Shown: positions 37,923 through 47,735 of the stretch, piece by piece | Layout: every line of letters starts with the position of its first letter | Position numbering within the stretch: the stretch's first letter is position 1 | Source of the DNA: Planctomycetota bacterium | Lineage (GTDB): Bacteria > Planctomycetota > UBA1135 > UBA2386 | Direction: 5' to 3' | Length of the DNA: 64,000 nucleotides | Assembly: GCA_965228735.1 (NCBI GenBank) | Contig: OZ245838.1 | Location: forward strand, 3,968,001 to 4,032,000 | Translations under genes and position numbers: made by a program | Notes under the pieces: generated by a model | Told to the model about the DNA's origin: nothing | The model's input: only the letters and a program-made list of their open reading frames with translations | The model's database searches: none

Positions 37923-38921
37923 TCAGCGCACCGGCCCGGCCGGCGACGCCGCGCCCCGCTCCATCGCCGACAGCGCGCGTTCGGCCGCCGGCAGCCCCTG
38001 GTCGGCGGCCCGGGCCAGCAGCGCGCGCGCAACGTCCGTCTGCGGGACGCGCCCGGCGCGGCCGCGGAGGTGCGCGAGCGCCAGGGTGTACTGCGCGATG
38101 GCGAGGTCCTGCTCGGCCGCCTGCTCGAGCCAGTAGAGCGCCTCGTTGTTGTCCGACACGACCCCTCGGCCCGTCAGGTACATCCAACCGAGGTGATGCT
38201 GCGCCTCGGCGAGCCCCTGCTTCGAAGCCGCCATGAACCAGCTCGCGGCGATCGCGTCGCTCTGCTCCGTGCCCTGCCCGTGGAAGTGCAGCAGGCCGAG
38301 CCGATGCTGCGCGCCCGCGTCACCCGCGTCGGCCGCCTCTTCGTAGTAGGCGAGCGCTCGTTCGCAGTCGATCTCGACGCCGAGCCCCTCCTCGTAGATC
38401 GAGCCGAGCACGCGATGGGCCTTGACGTCACCCTGATCCGCCGCGCGCGCGAGCCAGACCCGCGCGAGCTCGAGGTTCTGATCGACGCCATGGCCGAACA
38501 GGAACACGACACCGCGGTTGCACTGCGCCCGCGCGAACCCCTGTTCGGCCGACTTCTCGAACCACCGGGCAGCTTCACTGTGCGACTGCTCGCAGCCCTT
38601 GCCCTCATAGCAGAGTAGACCGAGGTTGTTCTGCGCCGCAGCGTGCCCCTGCTCGGCGGCCTGACGGTAGTAGTCGTGCGCGAGGGCGAGGTCGGGCGCG
38701 ACACCCTGGCCTTCTTCGTAGGCCAGGCCGAGCAGGAACTGGGAATCCGCGTCGCCCGCGATCGCGTTGGGCCGCAGGACCTCGAGCGCGGCGATGTGAT
38801 CACCACGCGCGTTCGCCAGCCACGCTCGCTGCGTCGACGTGCTGCAGGCCGAGAGCCCGAGGAAGCCGATGGCAAGGGCAGCAGCGAAACGAGTCACCCG
38901 GGAGATGTGCTCCATTCCCAT
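37923..38921 (-). CDS. Sel1-repeat lipoprotein
   Basis: LSAC lipobox; repeated AQxxLG..Y..G.G..A..W..AA.QG. Confidence 0.92.
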   Translation of the reverse strand: MGMEHISRVTRFAAALAIGFLGLSACSTSTQRAWLANARGDHIAALEVLRPNAIAGDADSQFLLGLAYEEGQGVAPDLALAHDYYRQAAEQGHAAAQNNLGLLCYEGKGCEQSHSEAARWFEKSAEQGFARAQCNRGVVFLFGHGVDQNLELARVWLARAADQGDVKAHRVLGSIYEEGLGVEIDCERALAYYEEAADAGDAGAQHRLGLLHFHGQGTEQSDAIAASWFMAASKQGLAEAQHHLGWMYLTGRGVVSDNNEALYWLEQAAEQDLAIAQYTLALAHLRGRAGRVPQTDVARALLARAADQGLPAAERALSAMERGAASPAGPVR

Positions 38922-38957
38922 CGCATCGGTGATGCGACGGATGAAGCTTGAACAAGC

Positions 38958-39079
38958 CCGTACGGAACCAGCCCGTACGGAACCTGGTTCATGCTGCCGG
39001 CCACCGTACGGCCACCCGCGAGGCGCCCCCCCGGGGCCGGCAGCATGAACCAGGTTCCGTACGGCCGGGTTCCGTACGG
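38958..39079. repeat. Long intergenic inverted repeat, REP/MITE-like element copy 2
   Basis: Arms 38973-39002 and 39035-39064 (ccgtacggaacctggttcatgctgccggcc), plus duplicated outer ccgtacggaacc/ggttccgtacgg. Confidence 0.9.
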
Positions 39080-39089
39080 CCGGTTCGGA

Positions 39090-40520
39090 TCAGCCGCCTT
39101 GGGCGGCCAGGCGCTCCACCTTCTCGAGCCAGTCCTGGACGTCGTCGCGGGGGTCGAGGGCCTGCGCGCGCTTGAGCAGCGGCAGGGCCTTGCCGTACTG
39201 GCCCTCGCGCACGAGCACCTGCGCGTGCCGCACCTTGGCGTCGGCCTCGAACTTCGGGATGGCCGCCGCGTTCTCGTAGTAGAGGATCGCGCGGTCGATC
39301 TCGTTCTTGCTAGCGTAGTGCTGCCCCAGCAGGATCAGCGCTTCGCCATCGAGCGGATCGAGCGCGACGATCTCCTCGAGGATCGCGGCCTGCTCGTCGC
39401 TCGACTGCTCGGCCATCGCGATGCGGGCCTTGAGCTTGAGCATGTCCTTCTTGGCCTCGCCCTGCAGCTCGTCCGCGAAGCGGGTCTGGATGATCTCGAG
39501 CAGTCGCTTGCCCTGGTCGCCGGCGTTGCGCGCGATGAGCACCTTGGCGTTGCGCAGCGCCTTCTGCACGTCGGCACCCGCGTCCTTGCCGAGCGCGCGC
39601 TCGTAGGCGCCGGCGGCCAACTCGAACATCTCCTGGTTGACGTAGATGTCGCCGAGCGTGTTGAGCGAATCCGCGGTGGACTGACCGAGGTGGTCGACGA
39701 TCTCGAGGTTCTCGGCGGCCTTGCCGACCGAGCCCATGCCGAGGTAGGCGTTGGCCTGCAGCTGCCACAGCTTGCCGTCGTGCGAGTTGTCCTCGAGCAT
39801 GCCGTCGAGCAGCGACGCGACGGCGGCGAAGCGCTTCTGCTGGAACAGCGACTTGGCGAGCCCCATCTGCCAGTCGATCAGGTCGGGATCGAACAACGCC
39901 GCCATCCGGTATGCCGATTCGGCTGCGACGTGGTTGTCGATCATCGCGTAGCTGTAGCCGAGCAGACCGTAGGTCAGCGCGTCGCTGCCGCCGGTCTGGA
40001 TGACCTTGGCGAACGCACGGGTCGCGCCGCGGAAGTCGTTGAGGCGGACGTGGCAGATGCCCTTGTTCTTCCACGCGCGGCGGAACTTCGCATGCTTGCC
40101 GATCGCCTTGTCGTAGGCCGCGATCGCCTCCTGCCACTGCTGCTGCTGCATGTGCACGTTGCCGAGCGTGAACTCGAAGACCGCCGACGAGGTCGGTCCG
40201 ATCAACGTGCGGAGCTGCTCGACCGCCCACTTGAGGCGGTCCTTCGAGATCGCGCCCAACACCTCCTGCATCGAATCACGCTCGAACTCCTCGAGCCGCG
40301 GTTCGACCTCGGTCTCCGGCAGGTAGCTCTCCGCGAATGCGCGCCGGTAGTCGATGTCGTTCCAGATATCGAGCCAGCCCTGGCGGTCGGACTTGCTCGC
40401 CCGCGCATTCTGGGCGCGGGCCTCCTGGACGTTCGCAGGCGGCCCCTGGGGCGCGGCGGCCGCGGTCGCCGTCAGCGACAGGCCAAGCAGGATAGAGAGA
40501 CAGTGGAATCGCATGCTCAT
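39090..40520 (-). CDS. Exported TPR protein (TtpD-like)
   Basis: Signal peptide; multiple TPR repeats; last gene of the TonB operon. Confidence 0.85.
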   Translation of the reverse strand: MSMRFHCLSILLGLSLTATAAAAPQGPPANVQEARAQNARASKSDRQGWLDIWNDIDYRRAFAESYLPETEVEPRLEEFERDSMQEVLGAISKDRLKWAVEQLRTLIGPTSSAVFEFTLGNVHMQQQQWQEAIAAYDKAIGKHAKFRRAWKNKGICHVRLNDFRGATRAFAKVIQTGGSDALTYGLLGYSYAMIDNHVAAESAYRMAALFDPDLIDWQMGLAKSLFQQKRFAAVASLLDGMLEDNSHDGKLWQLQANAYLGMGSVGKAAENLEIVDHLGQSTADSLNTLGDIYVNQEMFELAAGAYERALGKDAGADVQKALRNAKVLIARNAGDQGKRLLEIIQTRFADELQGEAKKDMLKLKARIAMAEQSSDEQAAILEEIVALDPLDGEALILLGQHYASKNEIDRAILYYENAAAIPKFEADAKVRHAQVLVREGQYGKALPLLKRAQALDPRDDVQDWLEKVERLAAQGG

Positions 40521-41176
40521 CGGGACCTCTTGAAGCGCATCGGCAGGCGCATCCGGTCGGGAACGGGAACGTTTCTGCGCTTGGCGGGTTCGAACCGCCA
40601 CTTCATGATCGCCTCGAGCGCGGGGCGCTCGAACGCGGGATCACTGGATCGATAGACCTCGGGGTCCTTCACCTTGCCGTCGACCGTGACGTAGAAGACG
40701 ACGACGACGGTCGCGTCCTTGCGGCGCAGCTCGGGCGAGAGGTTGGGGGCGTGCCGGTAGATCACCTTCGGCTTCTGGTCGACCTCGAGACCGCCGAACA
40801 TGTCCTCGGCGCTGGCACCGCCACCGCCCGCGAGGTTGTCGAGATTGACCCCGAAGTCGCCGGCGAGATAGCCACCGCCGAGCGACGGGTTGAGCGCGAG
40901 CTCGAGCTGCGAGAGGTCGAGCGGCGCCATCTGCTCCTGCAGCTCCGGCGGTTTCTCGTCGGGTTCCGGCTCGGGCTCCGGCTCCGGCGGCGGCGGCTCG
41001 TCCGGCGGCGGGATGTACGTATCGACGTCCGTCAGCCTGACGGAGTCGTCGTCGGACTTCGCGATCGCCTGCAGGATCGGCAGCACGAGGAAGCACAGGA
41101 GCGTCAGCCCCGACGATCCGAGGAGCACGCCGATGCGGTGCCGCCAGCTGGTCTTGGTCGACTTCGAAAAGGCCAT
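40517..41176 (-). CDS. tonB: Energy transducer TonB
   Basis: N-terminal TM, PPPPEPEPEPEP linker, TonB_C (V..DG.V..FERPAL.AI.KWRFEPA). Confidence 0.9.
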   Translation of the reverse strand: MAFSKSTKTSWRHRIGVLLGSSGLTLLCFLVLPILQAIAKSDDDSVRLTDVDTYIPPPDEPPPPEPEPEPEPDEKPPELQEQMAPLDLSQLELALNPSLGGGYLAGDFGVNLDNLAGGGGASAEDMFGGLEVDQKPKVIYRHAPNLSPELRRKDATVVVVFYVTVDGKVKDPEVYRSSDPAFERPALEAIMKWRFEPAKRRNVPVPDRMRLPMRFKRSR

Positions 41177-41183
41177 GGCTAGC

Positions 41184-41597
41184 TCAGCTGCCGCGCGCGT
41201 CGGTGGCGATGCTGATCTTCTGCGCGCCGGCGAGCTTGGCCTCGTCGATCACGCGGACGAGCATGCCCGATGGCGCCTCGCGGTCGGCCTGGATGATGAC
41301 CGGCACCGTCGGCTCCTTCTGGATCTCACGCTTCACGAGCGGCTGCACGCCGGCGATCGAGATCGACCGCTCGGCGTGGTAGACGTCGCCGTTCGCCGTG
41401 AGCGCGATGAAGATGCTCGTCTTCTCGAGGTTGCTGGCCGAGGCGGCCTGCGGCTTGTCGACCTCGACGCCGGTCTCCTCGACGAACGTCGTGGTGACGA
41501 TGAAGAAGATCAGCAGGATGAAGACGCAGTCGATCATCGGCGAGATGTCGATCGAGCCTTCGCCTTCGTCTTCGGCAGCTGCGCGGAATCGGGACAT
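41184..41597 (-). CDS. exbD: Biopolymer transporter ExbD
   Basis: IDISPMIDCVFILLIFFIVTT, VIIQAD. Confidence 0.95.
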   Translation of the reverse strand: MSRFRAAAEDEGEGSIDISPMIDCVFILLIFFIVTTTFVEETGVEVDKPQAASASNLEKTSIFIALTANGDVYHAERSISIAGVQPLVKREIQKEPTVPVIIQADREAPSGMLVRVIDEAKLAGAQKISIATDARGS

Positions 41598-41632
41598 GGT
41601 TTGCTTTTCGTCTCGAGTTCTGGAGGTTTGCT

Positions 41633-42280
41633 TCAGGCGGCCGAATGGGCGCGCTTCTGCCTCTGCAGGCGCGCGTACAGCCGCTGCGTGCAGACGGTTT
41701 CGAGGTGAGCCAGGAAGGCCCGGTACTCGTCGAACTTGCGGGTCAGGAGGTACCGCAGGAACAAGCCGGGGATCGCGATGACGAGCCCGGTCTCGGTCGT
41801 GATGAGCGCGGCGGAGATGCCCTTGGCCACCATCGCCATCGTCTGATCGCCACCCGCACCGGTCGCGAGCGCGCCGAACGTCTGCAGCATGCCCGTCACG
41901 GTGCCGAGCAGGCCGAGCAGCGGCGCCGCCGCGACGCAGACCTTCATCACGCGCAGGTCCCGCATGAACGGCGCGAGCTCCGTCGCGCGGATCTCGGCGA
42001 ACGCGGTCGCCTGCTCCTTGACGCTCGGCGCACCGGCGACGTTGTCGAGCAGGTCGCCGATCGGCCCCTCGCGGCGTTCGGGCAGGTCGATCCACCGGCG
42101 CCACAACCCCTCGGGCACGTCGTTGTAGCGCTTGCCCGCGAGCCGCAGCTGCACGTGAAAGCCGACCGCGAACGTGATCAACGCGAGCGACGCGAGCAGC
42201 GGCATGCACCACCCGCCGTCGTTCCAGATCCGCGCGGCTTCGACCCAGAGGGTGTCGAGTTGATCGAGGACGAAGTCCAT
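41633..42280 (-). CDS. exbB: ExbB/TolQ/MotA proton channel
   Basis: APLLGLLGTVTGM, GISAALITTETGL. Confidence 0.92.
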   Translation of the reverse strand: MDFVLDQLDTLWVEAARIWNDGGWCMPLLASLALITFAVGFHVQLRLAGKRYNDVPEGLWRRWIDLPERREGPIGDLLDNVAGAPSVKEQATAFAEIRATELAPFMRDLRVMKVCVAAAPLLGLLGTVTGMLQTFGALATGAGGDQTMAMVAKGISAALITTETGLVIAIPGLFLRYLLTRKFDEYRAFLAHLETVCTQRLYARLQRQKRAHSAA

Positions 42281-42285
42281 GGCCC

Positions 42286-43896
42286 CTATGCGGTGCGGTG
42301 AGCGTCCTTGTTGGTGGCGAGCATCTCGGCCACGACCTCACGGACGCGGTCGATCGACAGCGAGTCGACATCGCTGCCGCCCTCGCCGCCGTCCGCGGGG
42401 AGGAGCCGTTCACGCCCGTCGCCGCCGTCCGGATCCTCGACGAGAAGCACGTTCTGACCCATCCGGTTCATGAACGCGACGGCGGTCTTCTCCATGCGGT
42501 CCACGATGCCCTTGGCCTTGCGCGCGAGGAACGCATGCAGCAGCAGCGACGGGATCGCGACATAGAGGCCGGTCTCCGTCGTGATGAGCGCCTCGGAGAT
42601 GCCGCTCGACAGCGCCTTGGCGTTGCCGGTGCCGAACACGGTCATGAGCGCGAACGTGTTCATGATGCCGGTCACGGTGCCGAGCAGGCCGAGCAACGGC
42701 GCCGAAGCGGCCGTGATCGCGATGAACGGCAGCATCCGCTGCAGCTTGAGGCGCGTGGACAGCGTGTGCTCGTACATCACCTCCTCGATGAGCTCCCGCG
42801 GTTCACCGAGATGCTCGACAGCGTCGCGCAGCATGTCGCCGACCGGACCCTGCACGGCGCCGGCCTCCTCGCGCGCGCCGTCCTGGTCACCGGCACTCAC
42901 GCTCGCCATGAACTCGTTGAGCCGCCGCTGCGAGGGCATGCGGACGAACATCATCGAGACCCACTTCCAGAGCGCGACCAGCAGCGCGAGGCCGGCGAGC
43001 ACGCCCATCGGATACATGACGGCGCCACCCTTCTCGAGGTGCTCGAGGTAGGTCTCGTCGAGCGCCGCGACCTGCGCGGCCTCGCCGAGGCTCGGGTCGA
43101 CCGGCAGGTCGCCGACGCCCGTCTCCACGAGGTTCTTGCCCGCGGCCTCGAGCTCCGGGGTCGGCAGCGGCGTCAACGACGGTTCGTTGCTGTCCGCGCG
43201 ATTCTCGACCGTGCCGACGTTGTTGCCGCTCTTGGAGAGGAACACCGCCGCGGGGCCGATCAGCACGAACTCGCCCTCGACGACGAGGCCCTCGGCGTTG
43301 ACCGCTTCGCCGGCGAACTTGACGCCACCGGCGGCGTCCTCGAGTCGGCTGACGGCGTCTTCCATCACCGCGACCTGCGCCGCGAGGACGTCTCGCGTCT
43401 CTAGCGAGGTGTTCTCGCGGGCCAGGCGCGCCGTTTCGAGCGCCGCGGCGTAGCGATCCTTCTCCGCGACGTGCAGGCCCGACTCGAACTTGCGGATGTA
43501 CTCACTCAGGGTGTTGCGCACGCGCTCGGCGTCGCCCTCGAGCCACTTGATCGTGTCCTCGAGGTTGGTCAGCGACAGCGCCCGCGTCTCGAGCATGCGC
43601 GACCGGTCCTGGAACTCCGCGCGCGCCGCGATGAGCTCGTTCTGCGCATCGCGCAGCTGCTGGGTCATCGGCAGCTTCTCCTGGGAGATCTGCTCGCGCA
43701 GCTGGCTCAGCGTCTTCAGCGCGGTCTCGTACTTGGCCTCGAGCGCGCGGTTGGCGTTCTCGAGCGCGCTGTTCTGCATGATCGCGGCCGCGGGATCCTG
43801 CGGCACCGCCGGCTCTTCGTTCTGCGCCCGCAGTCCGCCGGCCCCGAAGGCCGTGACTGCTAGCAGGGTGAACGTGACAAGGTTGTTCTGCATCAC
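42286..43896 (-). CDS. Extended ExbB (TtpC-like) with a coiled-coil periplasmic N-terminus
   Basis: Signal peptide, coiled coil, LPVDPS.G, then APLLGLLGTVTG..GISEALITT. Confidence 0.88.
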   Translation of the reverse strand: MMQNNLVTFTLLAVTAFGAGGLRAQNEEPAVPQDPAAAIMQNSALENANRALEAKYETALKTLSQLREQISQEKLPMTQQLRDAQNELIAARAEFQDRSRMLETRALSLTNLEDTIKWLEGDAERVRNTLSEYIRKFESGLHVAEKDRYAAALETARLARENTSLETRDVLAAQVAVMEDAVSRLEDAAGGVKFAGEAVNAEGLVVEGEFVLIGPAAVFLSKSGNNVGTVENRADSNEPSLTPLPTPELEAAGKNLVETGVGDLPVDPSLGEAAQVAALDETYLEHLEKGGAVMYPMGVLAGLALLVALWKWVSMMFVRMPSQRRLNEFMASVSAGDQDGAREEAGAVQGPVGDMLRDAVEHLGEPRELIEEVMYEHTLSTRLKLQRMLPFIAITAASAPLLGLLGTVTGIMNTFALMTVFGTGNAKALSSGISEALITTETGLYVAIPSLLLHAFLARKAKGIVDRMEKTAVAFMNRMGQNVLLVEDPDGGDGRERLLPADGGEGGSDVDSLSIDRVREVVAEMLATNKDAHRTA

Positions 43897-43903
43897 ATAC
43901 TCC

Positions 43904-44737
43904 TCACTGCACGCGAACCGGCAGGCTCACGAACTTGGCGGTCTTGGACTTCTTGTAGATCTCGATCGCCTCGCGGATGGCCGGAGCGGCCTTGTCGACC
44001 GGGTTCCATACCCAACCCGTCGCGGTCGCCGCGCCGACGCCCGCGTGCTTGTCGTCGGGCGACACGAAGTAGCCCTGGCCGATGCCGATGTAGAGCGCGG
44101 TCACCTCGACCTTGCGCCCGTCGCCGAGCTCCTGCAGCTCGGGCCCGATCGTGATCAGGCGATTCCACTTGTCGACCTCCTGCAGAACGGCGGCGACGTT
44201 GCCGAACCGCGCGGCCAGGCCGATGTCCTTCGCGGTCTTCTGGGCGATGAGCTGCGAGATCGGCCGCACGTGATTCTGCAGCGGCTGCGGCAGCCGGGGC
44301 AGCAGCTTCAGCACGCGCTGCTCGATCTGGTCGATCGGCTCCTTGAACGACGTCGCCGCCGACTCGAGCTCGTCCTTGCGCTCGGTCAGCTCGTTGTTCT
44401 TGACGTCGGTCTCCGTGATGTTCTCGTCGGCCTTCTGGGTCTTCTCGCGCAGCGCCGCCGTCTCGCGCCGCGCCGTCGCGATCTGCTCCTGCAGGATCTC
44501 GCGACCGAGTTGCCAGTCCGCCTTCTCCTTCGTGATGATCGTCCAGAGTTCCCGGTGCTGCTGCAGATAGTTCCGCGCCGCCAGGATCGGGCTCGTTCGC
44601 TCGGCCGATTCCTGGGTGCCGGCCGCACCAGAGCCTTGCGCCGTCGCGACCGGAGCGAGCAACGCCACGGTCGCCGCCGCATTCAGCAGGAAGGTCGCCG
44701 CGCGACGACGGGATGCCATGAAGTGAGTGACTTGCAT
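43904..44737 (-). CDS. DUF3450 family protein (TtpB-like)
   Basis: Signal peptide, coiled coil, LYIGIGQGYF, W.W, FVSLP; position in a TonB2-like operon. Confidence 0.8.
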   Translation of the reverse strand: MQVTHFMASRRRAATFLLNAAATVALLAPVATAQGSGAAGTQESAERTSPILAARNYLQQHRELWTIITKEKADWQLGREILQEQIATARRETAALREKTQKADENITETDVKNNELTERKDELESAATSFKEPIDQIEQRVLKLLPRLPQPLQNHVRPISQLIAQKTAKDIGLAARFGNVAAVLQEVDKWNRLITIGPELQELGDGRKVEVTALYIGIGQGYFVSPDDKHAGVGAATATGWVWNPVDKAAPAIREAIEIYKKSKTAKFVSLPVRVQ

Positions 44738-44769
44738 TGGGGAGGGAAGGAGGGCTGTGATTCGTTCGC

Positions 44770-47721
44770 TCAGAAGCGGACTTCGCCGGCGATGCTGATG
44801 CTGAACTCCATGCCAGCGGAGCGGTTGGTCTTGGTGATGTCGGGGCCGATCGCCGCCGACCGGTAGACCTCACGCTGATCGGGATCGGTGAGGTTCTTCG
44901 CCTGGAAGCGAATCTGCGTCGTGTCGTTCAGGCGCTGCGACAGCGTGACGTTGAGGCGGTCGTTCTCGACGAGGTAGACGTCGGGGACGAAGAAGCGCGA
45001 CTCGGATACGCCCGCGCCCTCGACCAGCGTGTCGCCCTGGATCGTGTAGAACACGCCGAGCTGGGTGCCGGTGGCCGCGATGTCGTAGGTCAGGAAGAAG
45101 TTGTAGAGGAAGTCCGGCGCATTGGTCATCTTGCGCGACGTCATCGGGACGTTGACCGTCGGGCTGGCGAAGATCGCCTGATCCTCGTCCGGCAGCGTCA
45201 CGTCGGAGTCGATCACGGTCGCGTTGGCGCCGACGTCGAGGCCCTCGAGGAAGTTCACGAAGTGCCCGAGCGCCTGCCGGGTCTCGATCTCGTAGCCCTC
45301 GATCTCGCCCTTCGGGTAGTTGACCGGCGTCGTGAAGTCGAACGTCGACACGCGCTGCACGAACTCGATCGGGCCCGTGATGTCCTTGCGGAAGTACGAC
45401 GCGGAGAACAGGCCGCCTTCGTAGGGCGTCCAGTCGACGCGCAGGTCGTAGTTCTTGATGTCGCTCTGCTCGAGATCGGGGTTGCCGACGAAGATCGGGC
45501 CGCCGAGGAACTCCTGCTGCAGGATCGGCGACAGCTCCTTGAACGTCTGGCGCGCGACCGTCTCCGCGTACGACGCGCGCAGGGTCACGCCCTCGAACGG
45601 CCGCGCGATGACGGCGACCGACGGCAGCACGGCGTCCTTCTTGTACGAGACGTCGCCCTCGGAGCCCTGCAACTCGATCTGGTTGGTCGAGCCCGGCGGG
45701 AACCAGGTCGCGTCCTCCTCGGCCTCGTTCTGGATCTTGATCGACGCGTTCTCGAACCGCACGCCGGTGATCACGTTGACCTTCGGCACGATCGGGATGT
45801 CGAGCATCAGGTAGCTCGCCGCGAGCCGCTGGCTGCCGTTGTAGTCGATGTCGGTCTCGGCGGCCTGGACCGGGTGGTTCTCGAACGGGAACGTGAGGCT
45901 CCACGGCACCTCCCACGGCCCGTTGAAGATCTCGTTGTCCTCGAAGTTGGAGAACGTGTCCTGATCGAAGCGGCGCGTCGTCTCGTCGTAGAACGCGCCG
46001 ACCTTGAGGAAGCCGCGCTGCTCGTTCCACAGCTCGAACGGCAGCTTCACGGCCAGCTGGCCCTGCTCGCTCTCCTCGGAGATCGCTTTGTAGATGCGCT
46101 GCAGGGAGCCGAGCGTGAAGTTGGCCGCCGGCTTGAACGGACCGTAGCGCGGCTCGGTGATCACGATCTCGCCGATCTTGATGCCCGGCACCCACTGCGA
46201 ACCGAACAGGCGCTTGTCGGGCTCCCGCGAGCCGGCCTCGCTCTTGGCGAGCGTCCAGTTGATCTCCGGCGCGAACGCCGAACGGGTGTCGAACTGGTGG
46301 CGTCCGGCGAGCTGCATCGTCTCCGTCGCCCGCTCGATGTAGTTGAGCGTCTGCAGTCGCAGGTAGGGCGCCGCGGCCGACTCCTGGAAGCCGTTCGACT
46401 GGAAGTTCGTCGGATCGTAGCCCGGGAAGAAGTACTGCTTGCCGCGCGTATCCTCCGCGAGCGTCGCCGTGTCCTCCGCGGACTGCGTCTGCAGGAACGC
46501 GAAGGTCAGGGAGTGGTTGTCCGTCGCGATGCCGGCGGTGGCCAGGACACCCCATTGCACCGACTGCGAGCCCTGCTGGACATCGAACAGGGCCGTCGTG
46601 AAGTCGCCCTCGTCGCCGGCGAACTGCGGGGTCAGCGGCTCGCCGGGGGTGCCGCGCCAGTACGAGTCGTCGACGCCGTCGCTGAAGTACGAGCTGTCAC
46701 GTTCGTAGAACACGCTGACCTGGCCGCCGGCGCGCACCCCGCTGCCGACCTCGAAGCTGCCACCCATGCGGTAGTTCATCTTGAAGTCGGTCGGCGCGTT
46801 GTCGCGCGTCACGCCGACGGCGCCAGTCCAGTTGTCGTCGATGTTGTCGAACTGGATGGCGCGGTCGCCGGCGTCGCTCGCGTTCCAGCGGACGCCGCCG
46901 CCGTCGTACGAGAGGAAGTCGCTGCGCCCCGTCACCTGCGTGTTGTGGGACAGCTGGCCGCTACCGCGGAAGAAGAACGTGTCCTCGGGCACGCCGTTGA
47001 GCACGACGTTGACCGCACCGCCCGACGCGTCGCCCTGCTGATCGGGCGTGAACGTCTTGGTGACCTGCAGGCTCTCGATGACCTGCCGCGGGAACTGGTC
47101 GAGCTCGACCGCGCGCTTGTTCTCGTCGGCGGACGGCACGCGGACGCCGTTGATCTGCGAGCTGACGTAGCGATCGGGCAGGCCGCGGATGACCGCGGTC
47201 TTGCCGTTCTGCACGGACGCGCCGGCGATGAGCCGCAGCGCACCCGCCGCGTCGCTGACCCCGCCCTTGCTCATCAGGTCGGACCCGACCGAGTCCATCA
47301 CGGCCGGACTCTCGAAGCGCAGCTGCAGGAGGTCCGCCTCCGTGCTGCCACCGAGCTGGAGGACGTCCTCGACGACGTATTCCTCCATGTCGGTGAAGTC
47401 GCCGGCCATCGTGACGTTGACGTCCGTGAGCCGACCCGCCGCGACGACGACGTCGGGCTTGATGACCCGCACGTAGCCGGCCTTGGCGAAGACCAGCGTG
47501 TAGGTGCCGGGCGGCAGGCTGGGCAGCGAGTAGTTGCCCTGCTCGCCCGTCGTGGTCTTGTCGGCGCGACCGACCACGGTGACCTCGACGCCGGGCAACG
47601 GCTGGCTGAAGTCGCCGTCGTTGACGACGCCGGTGATCGTGCCGACCTGCTGGGCGGCCACGCTGCCGCACACGGCCATGACCGCCGAGGCGAGGACGAG
47701 TCTGGTCGAAGCGTGCTTCAC
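44770..47721 (-). CDS. TonB-dependent receptor with an N-terminal carboxypeptidase-regulatory-like domain
   Basis: Plug IRGLPDRY..VPS..LD.FP..KTFTPD, GNPDL..NYDLR, KNLTD, terminal Phe. Confidence 0.92.
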   Translation of the reverse strand: MKHASTRLVLASAVMAVCGSVAAQQVGTITGVVNDGDFSQPLPGVEVTVVGRADKTTTGEQGNYSLPSLPPGTYTLVFAKAGYVRVIKPDVVVAAGRLTDVNVTMAGDFTDMEEYVVEDVLQLGGSTEADLLQLRFESPAVMDSVGSDLMSKGGVSDAAGALRLIAGASVQNGKTAVIRGLPDRYVSSQINGVRVPSADENKRAVELDQFPRQVIESLQVTKTFTPDQQGDASGGAVNVVLNGVPEDTFFFRGSGQLSHNTQVTGRSDFLSYDGGGVRWNASDAGDRAIQFDNIDDNWTGAVGVTRDNAPTDFKMNYRMGGSFEVGSGVRAGGQVSVFYERDSSYFSDGVDDSYWRGTPGEPLTPQFAGDEGDFTTALFDVQQGSQSVQWGVLATAGIATDNHSLTFAFLQTQSAEDTATLAEDTRGKQYFFPGYDPTNFQSNGFQESAAAPYLRLQTLNYIERATETMQLAGRHQFDTRSAFAPEINWTLAKSEAGSREPDKRLFGSQWVPGIKIGEIVITEPRYGPFKPAANFTLGSLQRIYKAISEESEQGQLAVKLPFELWNEQRGFLKVGAFYDETTRRFDQDTFSNFEDNEIFNGPWEVPWSLTFPFENHPVQAAETDIDYNGSQRLAASYLMLDIPIVPKVNVITGVRFENASIKIQNEAEEDATWFPPGSTNQIELQGSEGDVSYKKDAVLPSVAVIARPFEGVTLRASYAETVARQTFKELSPILQQEFLGGPIFVGNPDLEQSDIKNYDLRVDWTPYEGGLFSASYFRKDITGPIEFVQRVSTFDFTTPVNYPKGEIEGYEIETRQALGHFVNFLEGLDVGANATVIDSDVTLPDEDQAIFASPTVNVPMTSRKMTNAPDFLYNFFLTYDIAATGTQLGVFYTIQGDTLVEGAGVSESRFFVPDVYLVENDRLNVTLSQRLNDTTQIRFQAKNLTDPDQREVYRSAAIGPDITKTNRSAGMEFSISIAGEVRF

Positions 47722-47735
47722 GTCGCGGTCGCCGG

